From assembly GCA_965223415.1 (NCBI GenBank), contig OZ245002.1:4672001-4736000 (forward strand): a stretch of DNA of 64,000 bases, in the 5' to 3' direction. The notes beneath the pieces are model-generated. The model worked only from the letters and a program-made list of their open reading frames with translations, did no database searches and was not told the DNA's origin. Shown here piece after piece: positions 38,274 through 46,754 of the stretch (positions are counted from its first letter, which is position 1; each line of letters begins with the position of its first letter). This DNA comes from Myxococcota bacterium. GTDB taxonomy: Bacteria; Myxococcota_A; UBA9160; UBA6930. Both the position numbers and the translations under genes were made by a program.

Positions 38274-39470
38274 TCAGACCTCGAAGCCGTTCTCGGCGGC
38301 TGTCTGCTGGAGCCAGGTGGCGGAGCGGCGCGGGGTGCGGGCGTCGGTCTCCGGGTCCAGCGCGACGAGGCCCAGGCCCCGGGGCGGGGCGGTGGGCGTG
38401 TCGCGGATGTCGAGCAGGTGGGGGGCGTGGTAGGCGCGTAGCTCGACACCCCGGGCGACGGCCTCGGCGGCGCCTTCCAGCTCGCCGCGAAGGCGGAGCA
38501 GGCGCTCCTCGTCCGGCAGGGCGCCATCGGGCTCCGGCTCCGGATCGTCCAGGCAGGGGAGGCCCACCAGCTCGAGGGGTGGGCAATCGGGTCCTGCGAA
38601 GCGCTCCTGGAGCAGCCGGCAGACCGTCTCGGGCCAGCGGCTCGCGTCGAAGGCGGCCGGCAGCGCCTCGGCCTCGTGGCCGAGGCGGGGATCGTCGCGC
38701 GCGCGGATGCGCACCGGAGGAGCCAGCCGAACCGAGAGGAAGTCCGGGGCGCCGAGGCAGCGCTCGCCGTCCCCGTCGCGGGCCTCCAGCTCGGGCACCG
38801 GGCGGCCCTCGGCGTCTGCGTAGGGCGGCGGGTAGCCGCGGCCCTGGGCCGGGCCCAGGAAGAGCTCGGCGTGGCCGGCCCGCCACAGGCGGAAGGCCTC
38901 CTCGTCGTCGCTCCCGTCGCCCTCGGGCTCGGCGGGGGCGGCGACGAGGCCAGCGCCTAGGGCCAGGCCGTCGCGCTCGGCGCGCAGGGCCTCGGCGCCT
39001 GCCGCCTGGGCCAGGTTCGCCACGTGGACCCCGCGCAGGAAGGCGCGGCGCTCGGGCAGCGCCTCGCGCAGAAAGAGGGATGGGGCGTCGAGGAGGAGCC
39101 AGGCGTCGACCCGGTCCGCCAGCGCTCGTCCCAGGGCCGATGCGTAGTCGGCGAAGCGTCCCGCCGTATCGCGGTCGGCCCAGCCGCCGCGCCTCGCCAG
39201 GGCGTCCGGCAGCTCGCCCTGGTGCAGCACGGGGAGCGGCCGGATGCCGGCGGCGAGGAGCCCGTCCACCAGGGTGCGGTAGGCATCGAGGACGTCCGGT
39301 CGGGCCGGTCCGCGGCCCTCGGGCTGGACCCGCGGCCAGGGGACGCCGAAGCGGTAGCTCGAGAGCCCGAGCCGGCCGAGCAGCTCGACGTCCTGGGTGG
39401 CGGCTCCCTGGCCGGTGGCGGCGCTGGCGGCTCCCCAGAGGAAGCCCTCCGGGAAGCGAAGGCGAGACAT
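38274..39470 (-). CDS. GH1 beta-glucosidase-like protein lacking both catalytic glutamates
   Basis: FPEGFLWGAASAA, YRFGVPWPRVQP, GGW; NEP site reads DAP and ENG site reads GLP. Confidence 0.75.
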   Translation of the reverse strand: MSRLRFPEGFLWGAASAATGQGAATQDVELLGRLGLSSYRFGVPWPRVQPEGRGPARPDVLDAYRTLVDGLLAAGIRPLPVLHQGELPDALARRGGWADRDTAGRFADYASALGRALADRVDAWLLLDAPSLFLREALPERRAFLRGVHVANLAQAAGAEALRAERDGLALGAGLVAAPAEPEGDGSDDEEAFRLWRAGHAELFLGPAQGRGYPPPYADAEGRPVPELEARDGDGERCLGAPDFLSVRLAPPVRIRARDDPRLGHEAEALPAAFDASRWPETVCRLLQERFAGPDCPPLELVGLPCLDDPEPEPDGALPDEERLLRLRGELEGAAEAVARGVELRAYHAPHLLDIRDTPTAPPRGLGLVALDPETDARTPRRSATWLQQTAAENGFEV

Positions 39471-39568
39471 GCGGCGGGATCTTCTCGGACCCGCGGCCCC
39501 CGGCGCAAGGCTGCCGGCCTCCGGCGCAAGCCGGCCCTCGGGGCCGCCGATGGTAGGTTCCAGTCGCC

Positions 39569-40417
39569 ATGAACGAGCAGGTCGCCCAGCCCTCTCCCGC
39601 ACCGTCCCGCGAGTGGCTTCTCGCCGTGGCGCTGCTGGTGGTCTTCGCGCCGGCGATCGCGGGCATGGCGGAGCAGTGGCGCACCTTCGACTACCTGTCC
39701 CACGGGTTCCTCGTCCCGGTGGTCTCGCTGTGGGCCTTCCTGCGCGAGCGGCCCTTCCGGGAGCGCGTGGCCGCGGCCGCCGATGGTCGCGGCGCGGTGC
39801 TCATCGGCGTGGCGCTGCTCACCTACCTGGCGGGGCTCGCGGCCAGCGTGGTCTCCCTCCAGGGCGTGGCCCTGGTGGCGGCCGTGGCGGGCGCGGCCTG
39901 GCTGCTGCGGGGCACGGCGTGGCTTCGGGCAGCCTCGTTCCCGATCGCGTTCCTCCTGTTCATGGTGCCGCCGCCCCAGGGCTGGATCACGCCGTTGATC
40001 GTGCAGCTCCAGCTCTTCGTGTCCGTGGTGGCCCTGACCATCGTGCGCGGCCTCGGCCTCGAGGTGGTGCGGGACGGGAACGTGCTCACCCTGGCGAGCG
40101 GGGAGTCGCTCTTCGTGGCCGAGGCCTGCAGCGGGGTCACGTCGGTCATCACGCTGACCCCGCTCGCGGTGGTGCTCGGCTACTACGGCCTGCGCCGGCT
40201 TGGATCGCGGGTCGCGCTGGTCGTGGCGGTCATCCCCCTGGCCATGCTCGGCAACCTGACCCGGGTGGTGGCGACGGTGTGGCTCGCAGATGCGGAGAGC
40301 GTGGCCTTCGCGACCGAGGGCCCGCTCCACGACGTGCTGGGCCTGAGCACCTACCTGGTCGCCTGCCTCGGCATGCTCGGGGTCGCCGCGCTCCTGCGCC
40401 GCTGGGAAGAAGCCTGA
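39569..40417 (+). CDS. Exosortase
   Basis: YLSHGFLVP, VAEACSG (Cys), GNLTR (Arg), LH (His); multi-TM. Confidence 0.9.
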   Translation: MNEQVAQPSPAPSREWLLAVALLVVFAPAIAGMAEQWRTFDYLSHGFLVPVVSLWAFLRERPFRERVAAAADGRGAVLIGVALLTYLAGLAASVVSLQGVALVAAVAGAAWLLRGTAWLRAASFPIAFLLFMVPPPQGWITPLIVQLQLFVSVVALTIVRGLGLEVVRDGNVLTLASGESLFVAEACSGVTSVITLTPLAVVLGYYGLRRLGSRVALVVAVIPLAMLGNLTRVVATVWLADAESVAFATEGPLHDVLGLSTYLVACLGMLGVAALLRRWEEA

Positions 40418-41463
40418 GCGAGCGCGCGGAAGATCGCGCGGAGCGGATCCGGGCCCTGGGCCTGGCGCTGGGCTTCGACGCGGTCGGCTTCGCCCGCGCG
40501 GAAGAGGCCCCGCGGGCCGACTTCGTGCGCGACTGGCTGGCGCGGGGCCGGGCCGGCGAGATGGATTGGCTTCCGGCGCGGTTCGAGGAGCGGCTCGACC
40601 CGCGCCGCGTGCTGGCCGGAGCGCAGACCGTCATTGCCGTGTCCCTCGTCTACGGCCCCGAGCCCCTCGAGGCGAGCGACCTCCCCGTCGCCCGCTACGC
40701 CCAGGGTGAGGACTACCACGACGTGCTGGGAGACCGGCTGCGCGCCTTCGAGGCGGGTGTGGTGGCGCTGGTGGCGGAGCCCGTGGCGACGCGGGCCTAC
40801 GTCGACACCGGGCCGGTCCTCGAGCGGGAGTGGGCGGCCCGGGCCGGTCTGGGCTGGCAGGGCAAGAACACGCTGCTGATCGATCCGGCCCGGGGCTCCT
40901 ACCTGTTCCTCGGGGTCGTGCTGACGGACCTGGCGCTCCCGCCCGACGAGCCGGAGCCGGACCACTGCGGAACCTGCCGCGCCTGCCTGGACGCCTGCCC
41001 GACCGACGCCTTCCCCGAGCCCTACGTGCTCGATGCCACCCGCTGCCTCGCCTACACGACGATCGAGCTGCGCGGCGCCATCCCGGAGCCGCTGCGCGAA
41101 GCCCAGGGAGCCCGCGTCTTCGGCTGTGACGTGTGCCAGGCCGTGTGCCCGTGGAACGGCCGCACGGGACGCCGCGTGCCGAACGATCCGCTCGGCCTGC
41201 GCGCGCGCCTCGCCCCCCGCGACGCCTGGAAGGCGCCGACCCTGGCCTGGCTGCTGGGTCTCGACGAGAACGCCTGGCGCGCTGCCACCCGTCGCTCGGC
41301 CCTGCGCCGGGCCCGCTTCCGCGGCCTCCTGCGCAACGCCCTGGTTGCCGCCGGCAACAGCGGCGACGCGAGCCTCCGCCCGGCCGTCCACCGCCACGCC
41401 GAAGGCGGCGACCCCCTCCTGGCCCAGCACGCCCACTGGGCCCTGGCCCGCCTCCCCACCTAG
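40414..41463 (+). CDS. queG: tRNA epoxyqueuosine reductase (start uncertain, CTG proposed)
   Basis: ARYAQGEDYH, VDTGPVLER, GWQGKN, CGTCRACLDACPT, FGCDVCQAVCPWN. Confidence 0.92.
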   Translation: MSERAEDRAERIRALGLALGFDAVGFARAEEAPRADFVRDWLARGRAGEMDWLPARFEERLDPRRVLAGAQTVIAVSLVYGPEPLEASDLPVARYAQGEDYHDVLGDRLRAFEAGVVALVAEPVATRAYVDTGPVLEREWAARAGLGWQGKNTLLIDPARGSYLFLGVVLTDLALPPDEPEPDHCGTCRACLDACPTDAFPEPYVLDATRCLAYTTIELRGAIPEPLREAQGARVFGCDVCQAVCPWNGRTGRRVPNDPLGLRARLAPRDAWKAPTLAWLLGLDENAWRAATRRSALRRARFRGLLRNALVAAGNSGDASLRPAVHRHAEGGDPLLAQHAHWALARLPT

Positions 41464-41468
41464 CCAAA

Positions 41469-41550
41469 ACGCAAGACTGGGGACGTTCCTTGCGACTTGC
41501 GTTCTTCGATCGAAGAACGCAAGTCGCAAGGAACGTCCCCAGTCTTGCGT
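41469..41550. repeat. 82-bp perfect palindrome, REP-like, copy 2
   Basis: ACGCAAGACTGGGGACGTTCCTTGCGACTTGCGTTCTTCGA followed directly by its exact reverse complement. Confidence 0.92.
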
Positions 41551-41570
41551 CTCCGTCTCCTCGGCTGGGG

Positions 41571-42107
41571 TCAGGCGGGGCGGCGGGCGGTGAGGTGGGC
41601 CACGGCGAAGGGCTTGGGGTGGGTGGTCTCGCCTTCCCAGTGGCGCAGGATCTGGAGGGTCGGGAAGAGGCTGGGGAGCTCGCTCGGATGGAGGAGAAAG
41701 TCCGGATTTCCGGGGCCATAGCCGAGATCTCTCTGGTGGATCGTGAAGGTCTCGTAGAGGAGCAGGCCGCCGGGTCGGAGTGCTCTGGCCAGCTCGGGGG
41801 CCAGGGGGCGATGGAGGTAGCGGAACACGAGAACGCTTCCGAAGCAGGCCTCCGCAACCGGGAGGTGCGGGGCGGCCTCCAGGTCGGCGCGCGCCGGGTG
41901 GACGGGGAGGGCCTCGGCGCGTGCGGCTCCCGCGAGCTCGCCGAGCGAGTCGGCGTCCCGGTCGAGGGCGACGACCGGAACGCCCCAGCGGGCCACCGCG
42001 AGGGCGTGGCGGCCGCGGCCGCAGGCGATGTCGAGGCAGGGGCCGAGCCGGGCCGCCGCGCGGATCCCGGCCTCGTGGTCCAGCAGCAACGCGGAGGGCT
42101 CGCTCAC
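41571..42107 (-). CDS. Class I SAM-dependent methyltransferase (TehB-like)
   Basis: LDIACGRGRH, YLHRPL, LRPGGLLLYETF. Confidence 0.85.
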   Translation of the reverse strand: MSEPSALLLDHEAGIRAAARLGPCLDIACGRGRHALAVARWGVPVVALDRDADSLGELAGAARAEALPVHPARADLEAAPHLPVAEACFGSVLVFRYLHRPLAPELARALRPGGLLLYETFTIHQRDLGYGPGNPDFLLHPSELPSLFPTLQILRHWEGETTHPKPFAVAHLTARRPA

Positions 42108-42898
42108 CCGCCGCCGGCCACCTGCACCAGCCGCGCGGGGAAGTCGCTCATCAGGCCGTCGACCCCCAGTGCGAGGAGGCGGCGCATTTCCGCCGCCTCG
42201 TTCACGGTCCAGACGTGGACGTGGACGCCGCGGGCGTGGGCGAAGGCGAGGAGCTCCGGCGTCACCAGCGGATCGCCGCCGAACGAGGGTGGGACCTGGA
42301 GCGCCATCGGTCCCGCCGGTGGCGCCCCTTCGCCGAGGGCCGCGCGCACGAAGCCCAGCACGTCGCCCACCGAGGCGCCCATCGCCGGCAGGGCGCCGCG
42401 TTTCTCCACAGCGCCGCGCAGCGCGCGCATGGTGGGGTCCTCGGCCGCGGCCAGCAGGGTGATCTCCGCCCGGGGCGCGACGAGGTCGAGGGTCGCCTCG
42501 ATGAGCGGCTCGCTCTCGGCCTTGATCTCCACGTTGATGCGCAGCGCCGGGAACGCTTCGAACAGCTCGCCCAGGGTCGGGACGCGAATGCCCTGGCCCC
42601 GGAACGGGAAGCTGCGCCCGCCGTCCGGCGAGAAGCGGTGGCCCGCATCGAGCGCCCGCAGCTCCGCCAGGCTGTGCTCGGCGACGAGACCCTCGCCGTC
42701 GGTCGTGCGGGCGAGGTCGGCGTCGTGGAACACCACGACCTCGCCGTCCCGGGTGAGGTGCACGTCCGTCTCCAGCGCCGCGACGCCCTGGGCCGCCGCG
42801 CGCTCGAAGGCGGGCAGCGTGTTCTCCGGCCGCTCGCCGCTCGCGCCGCGGTGGCCGAAAAGGAGCGGGTGAGGGGGGCCGAAGTACGGGTGCGGCAT
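42104..42898 (-). CDS. Glycerophosphodiester phosphodiesterase
   Basis: HRGA, PENT, ETDV, HD, WTVN, SDFP. Confidence 0.92.
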   Translation of the reverse strand: MPHPYFGPPHPLLFGHRGASGERPENTLPAFERAAAQGVAALETDVHLTRDGEVVVFHDADLARTTDGEGLVAEHSLAELRALDAGHRFSPDGGRSFPFRGQGIRVPTLGELFEAFPALRINVEIKAESEPLIEATLDLVAPRAEITLLAAAEDPTMRALRGAVEKRGALPAMGASVGDVLGFVRAALGEGAPPAGPMALQVPPSFGGDPLVTPELLAFAHARGVHVHVWTVNEAAEMRRLLALGVDGLMSDFPARLVQVAGGG

Positions 42899-42966
42899 CC
42901 CGCGTACGGTACCGAACGGCGCGCCGCGCCCTTTCCCCGCGGCGGTACGGTACGCTCCGCCGCCCG

Positions 42967-43479
42967 ATGGCCGTTCTGACCCGCGACGCGATCCTGGCCG
43001 AGATCGATGCCGGCCGGATCCGCATCGAGCCCTTCGAGCCGGACCAGGTCGGCCCGGCCTCCATCGACCTCACCCTGGGCGACGAGATCCGGGTGATCGA
43101 GCCCGGCGACGACCCGATCCGCCTCGAGGCCGACGTCGATTACCGCGACTTCACGCGTCTCCAACCCCTCGATCGTCCCTTCGTGCTGGTGCCCGGCGTG
43201 ACGATCCACGGGATCACTCGCGAGCGCATCACCCTGGCCCCGGACCTGTGCGGATTTCTCGAGGGACGGAGCCGGTTTGCACGCCTGGGCTTGATGATTC
43301 ACGTGACCTCTGCTTTCGTGCAGCCCGGGGTATCGAACCGGCAGGTGCTGGAGATGAGCAACGTCTCCGGCCACCCCCTCGAGATCCACGCCGGCGTGCG
43401 GATCTGCCAGATCGTGCTGCTGCGGGCGGAGGGCCGGGCGGTCTACGAAGGGCGCTTCTCGAGCCAGGACGAGCTGTAG
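42967..43479 (+). CDS. dcd: dCTP deaminase
   Basis: PASIDLTLG, EGRSRFARLGL, RICQ. Confidence 0.88.
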   Translation: MAVLTRDAILAEIDAGRIRIEPFEPDQVGPASIDLTLGDEIRVIEPGDDPIRLEADVDYRDFTRLQPLDRPFVLVPGVTIHGITRERITLAPDLCGFLEGRSRFARLGLMIHVTSAFVQPGVSNRQVLEMSNVSGHPLEIHAGVRICQIVLLRAEGRAVYEGRFSSQDEL

Positions 43480-43929
43480 TTGCGGGCGGTGGCCCAGCGG
43501 GTGCGCCGGGCCCGCGTCCGCGTCGGGGACGAGACGGTGGCGGAGATGGGCGCGGGGCTGCTGGCGCTCGTCGGCGTGGCCGTCGGTGACGGGCCCGCAG
43601 ACGCCGAGCAGCTCGCCGCGAAGCTCGTGCACCTGCGCGTCTTCGAGGACGACGAGGGCCGGATGAACCGCTCGCTCCTGGACGCCGACGGCATGCTCGG
43701 CCTCGTGTCCCAGTTCACACTCCTGGGCGACGTCCGCAAGGGCCGTCGCCCCGCCTTCACCGAGGCCGCGCCCCCGGAGGAGGCCGAGCCCCTGGTGGAG
43801 GCGCTCGCCGACGCGGCCCGGGCTCTCGGCGCTCCGGTGGTCACGGGCCGCTTTCGCGCTCGCATGGAGGTGGAGCTGGTCAACGCCGGGCCGGTCACGC
43901 TCCTGCTCGACACCCGGAAGGCATTCTGA
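43480..43929 (+). CDS. dtd: D-aminoacyl-tRNA deacylase
   Basis: RAVAQRV, SQFTL, KGRRP, NAGPVT. Confidence 0.93.
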   Translation: MRAVAQRVRRARVRVGDETVAEMGAGLLALVGVAVGDGPADAEQLAAKLVHLRVFEDDEGRMNRSLLDADGMLGLVSQFTLLGDVRKGRRPAFTEAAPPEEAEPLVEALADAARALGAPVVTGRFRARMEVELVNAGPVTLLLDTRKAF

Positions 43930-44074
43930 GCGCCGGATGAACGGCGGCTTGCGGGCCCCCGGGCGCCGGGTGAATGCGGGCTTGCACACACGCGTCCCAC
44001 TTTCGATGCTCACCCCGAGATCGAGATGGGGTTGGCCCCGGCCGCTGGCCGCGCGAGCCGAGAGAGGAGACGAC

Positions 44075-44473
44075 ATGCGAGGAATCGACCGTTCGGCGCG
44101 CCGGGTGGCGCGTGCGGTGCTGATGAGTCTGTGCTTGGTGGTGGCGCCGGTGGCCGCCCAGGCCGAGAGCCCGGCGATGGAGTTTGGCAAGGGCGTCGGC
44201 ACGTTCCTGACCAACGTGGTCTACGGCCCGGCCAAGCTGCTCTACGCGATCGGCGGCGGCACGGTGGCGACGATCGCCTACGCCTTCTCCGGCGGCGACG
44301 AGCAGGTGGCCCGCCCGATCGTGAACGCCTCGCTGCGGGGCGACTACATCCTGAGCCGGGAGCAGATCTTCGGCCCGGAGGAGATCGAGTTCGTCGGACG
44401 CCAGCCGGAGCACGAGCGGGCGCGGGGCGGCGGCTGGGACGTCGCAGCGCCCTCGGAACCGGAAGGCTTCTAG
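44075..44473 (+). CDS. Hypothetical exported protein
   Basis: GAGGAG RBS, signal peptide AQA. Confidence 0.7.
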   Translation: MRGIDRSARRVARAVLMSLCLVVAPVAAQAESPAMEFGKGVGTFLTNVVYGPAKLLYAIGGGTVATIAYAFSGGDEQVARPIVNASLRGDYILSREQIFGPEEIEFVGRQPEHERARGGGWDVAAPSEPEGF

Positions 44474-44611
44474 GGGCGTAGCCACAGGAGCCCCCGGGGC
44501 TCCCGCTCCGCCTGCCGGACCGGTCGGCCGAAGGGGGCCCTACCTGCGGCCGGCCCTCCCTGCTGGGAGGTGTTGGAAGGTCCGGCCCGGGCTCGTCATC
44601 CTGAGAGGCCC

Positions 44612-45391
44612 ATGGCGGACGGACTCACCCTGGCATCCTTCGGCGCGGCGTTCGGCGCCGGCGTCATCTCGGTGCTGTCGCCCTGCGTGATGCCCCTGAT
44701 GCCGGCCTACCTGTCGCTGATCTCCGGCGTCTCCGTGGAGGAGCTGCGGGACGAGGCGCCGGAGGAGGGCCTCCGGCGCCGCGTCCTGCTCGGCTGCGCG
44801 GGCTTCGTCGGCGGCTTCTCGACCGTCTTCATCCTGCTCGGCGCCTCGGCCACCGCGGTCGGTCGGGTCCTCAACACCTGGCGGGTGGACGTGGCCGGCG
44901 TCGAGATCAGCGCCGTGCAGATCGCCGGAGTCGTCATCATCGCCATGGGCTTGCACCTGATGGGGCTGCTGCCGATCCAGGCCCTGTACCGCGATACCCG
45001 CTTCCACGATCGCTTCACGCCGAAGAGCTGGATCGGCACCTACCTGGTCGGCGCCGCCTTCGCCTTCGGCTGGTCGCCCTGCGTGGGGCCGATCCTCGGC
45101 GGCATCCTCACCATCGCCGGCGCCCGGGACACGGTGGGGCAGGGGATGGCGCTGCTCGCCGTCTACTCCCTCGGCCTGGGTCTGCCGTTCTTCCTGGCGG
45201 GCTGGAGCATCGAGCTGTTCTTCCGGACCCTGCAGCGCATGAAGGCCCACTTCCGCCGCATCGAGATCGCCTCGGGCGCGCTGCTGGTGGCGCTCGGGCT
45301 GCTGGTCGTGACGCGCCGGCTGACCCTCTTGAACGAGTACTTCAGCTTCCTGAATCGCATCGTGGAGACCGCCGAGGGATGGTTGACGTGA
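44612..45391 (+). CDS. ccdA: Cytochrome c biogenesis CcdA/DsbD-type protein
   Basis: SPCVMPL and GWSPCVGP. Confidence 0.9.
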   Translation: MADGLTLASFGAAFGAGVISVLSPCVMPLMPAYLSLISGVSVEELRDEAPEEGLRRRVLLGCAGFVGGFSTVFILLGASATAVGRVLNTWRVDVAGVEISAVQIAGVVIIAMGLHLMGLLPIQALYRDTRFHDRFTPKSWIGTYLVGAAFAFGWSPCVGPILGGILTIAGARDTVGQGMALLAVYSLGLGLPFFLAGWSIELFFRTLQRMKAHFRRIEIASGALLVALGLLVVTRRLTLLNEYFSFLNRIVETAEGWLT

Positions 45392-45894
45392 GGAAGCTCC
45401 GGCGAGCCGGCCTCGCCCTCGCGGCCTGGGTCGTCCTGGCCTGCGGCGCGCCGCCGGGCGAGACCGATGCCCACGTGGACGACGAGGGCGATCGGGCCCC
45501 GGCCTTCGATCTGGCGACCCTGGACGGGGCGCAGGTCTCCCTGGCTTCCCTCGCCGGCCGGCCGGCGGTGATCGACTTCTGGGCGACCTGGTGCGCCCCC
45601 TGCGTCCGCCAGATCCCGGTGCTGAATGCGCTCCAAGAGGCCCGTGGTGATGCGGTGAGCGTGATCGGCATCGCGGTGGACGCGAGTGGCGCCGAGGTCG
45701 TCGCGCCCTTCGCCGAGGAGCACGAGATCGCCTACACGGTCCTGCTGGGCGACGAGGCCCTGGCCCAGGACTACGGCGCCATCGGCTTCCCGACCCTCTT
45801 CGTCCTGGACGGGCAGGGCCGGATCATCGAGGCCCACGTCGGGATCGTGACGATGGAAGAGCTGGAGGACGCCCTGGAGCGCGCCGGGGTCTGA
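45388..45894 (+). CDS. TlpA/ResA-family thiol-disulfide reductase lipoprotein
   Basis: FWATWCAPC, GFPT, lipobox VLAC. Confidence 0.9.
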   Translation: MRKLRRAGLALAAWVVLACGAPPGETDAHVDDEGDRAPAFDLATLDGAQVSLASLAGRPAVIDFWATWCAPCVRQIPVLNALQEARGDAVSVIGIAVDASGAEVVAPFAEEHEIAYTVLLGDEALAQDYGAIGFPTLFVLDGQGRIIEAHVGIVTMEELEDALERAGV

Positions 45895-45968
45895 GCCCCG
45901 CGGGGGCGCCTGGTGTGCGGGGAAGCCGGCGTCTCAAGTCGCCCCCGGTCTCCGACGAAGGGCAGGGC

Positions 45969-46634
45969 GTGGGCAACCAAGCCGGCCAGGTCCACGAGGA
46001 CACCGGGCTCTCGGTCCGACAGGTTTTCGAGCGCTATCTCGTGCGCGGGGACGTGCTCTTCGACGAAGGCGACGTGGGCGACACGGTCTACGTGGTCCAG
46101 ACGGGCCAGATCGAGCTCACCCGCGACGGCCCGGACGGGCCCCGACTGCTCTCGCGCAAGGGGCCGGGCGACCTGATCGGCGAGATGGACGTGCTGATGG
46201 GCAGCCTTCGCACGGCCTCCGCGCGGGCGCTCGGCGATTCCCGGGTCCTCCAGCTCGACGCCTCCACCTTCGAGGCGATGTGCGTGGAGCAGCCGGAGAT
46301 CGCGATCCGGGTGATCCAGCGGCTGGCGGCACGGGCCAAGAACCTGGAGCGGCGCCTCGCGGCCCTGGGCGGCGATGACCTGCTGCGTCCCGTGGTGCGC
46401 GTGCTGCTGCGCCACGCGCGGCCGGTCTCGGGCAAGAAGGGCATCCGCAGGGTTCCCCTGGCCCTGCGCGAGCTGGCGCGGGAGGCGGGGCTCTCGCTCC
46501 TCGAGACCCACCGCGCGCTCACCCAGCTCGTCGATCGCAAGCTCGTCAAGCTGACGGACGACACCCTCCACGTCCCCGATCAGGAGACCCTGGCGGCCGC
46601 AGTGGAGCCTCCCGACGAGCTGCTCGCCGGCTGA
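45969..46634 (+). CDS. Crp/Fnr-family cNMP-binding regulator
   Basis: LFDEGD, GEM..RTASA, C-terminal HTH. Confidence 0.85.
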   Translation: MGNQAGQVHEDTGLSVRQVFERYLVRGDVLFDEGDVGDTVYVVQTGQIELTRDGPDGPRLLSRKGPGDLIGEMDVLMGSLRTASARALGDSRVLQLDASTFEAMCVEQPEIAIRVIQRLAARAKNLERRLAALGGDDLLRPVVRVLLRHARPVSGKKGIRRVPLALRELAREAGLSLLETHRALTQLVDRKLVKLTDDTLHVPDQETLAAAVEPPDELLAG

Positions 46635-46754
46635 GCCGCCGCGCCGCGGCCCCCGCTGCGGGGTGGTCTTCACCCGCCACTCATCCCCGCGCATTGCCCC
46701 CCGCCGCGCCCCTTCGTTACCGTGGGCGCCGACTGTGGACGGCCGAGGGGGGAA

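Noticed and set aside
37174..39684. Upstream part of the 891-aa ORF
   Set aside because: Arg/Pro/Gly-rich off-frame translation typical of high-GC DNA; only the terminal peptide is retained
42904..42953. GTACGGTAC direct repeat between GDPD and dcd
   Set aside because: Only 9 bp and explained by overlapping -10-like hexamers of divergent promoters
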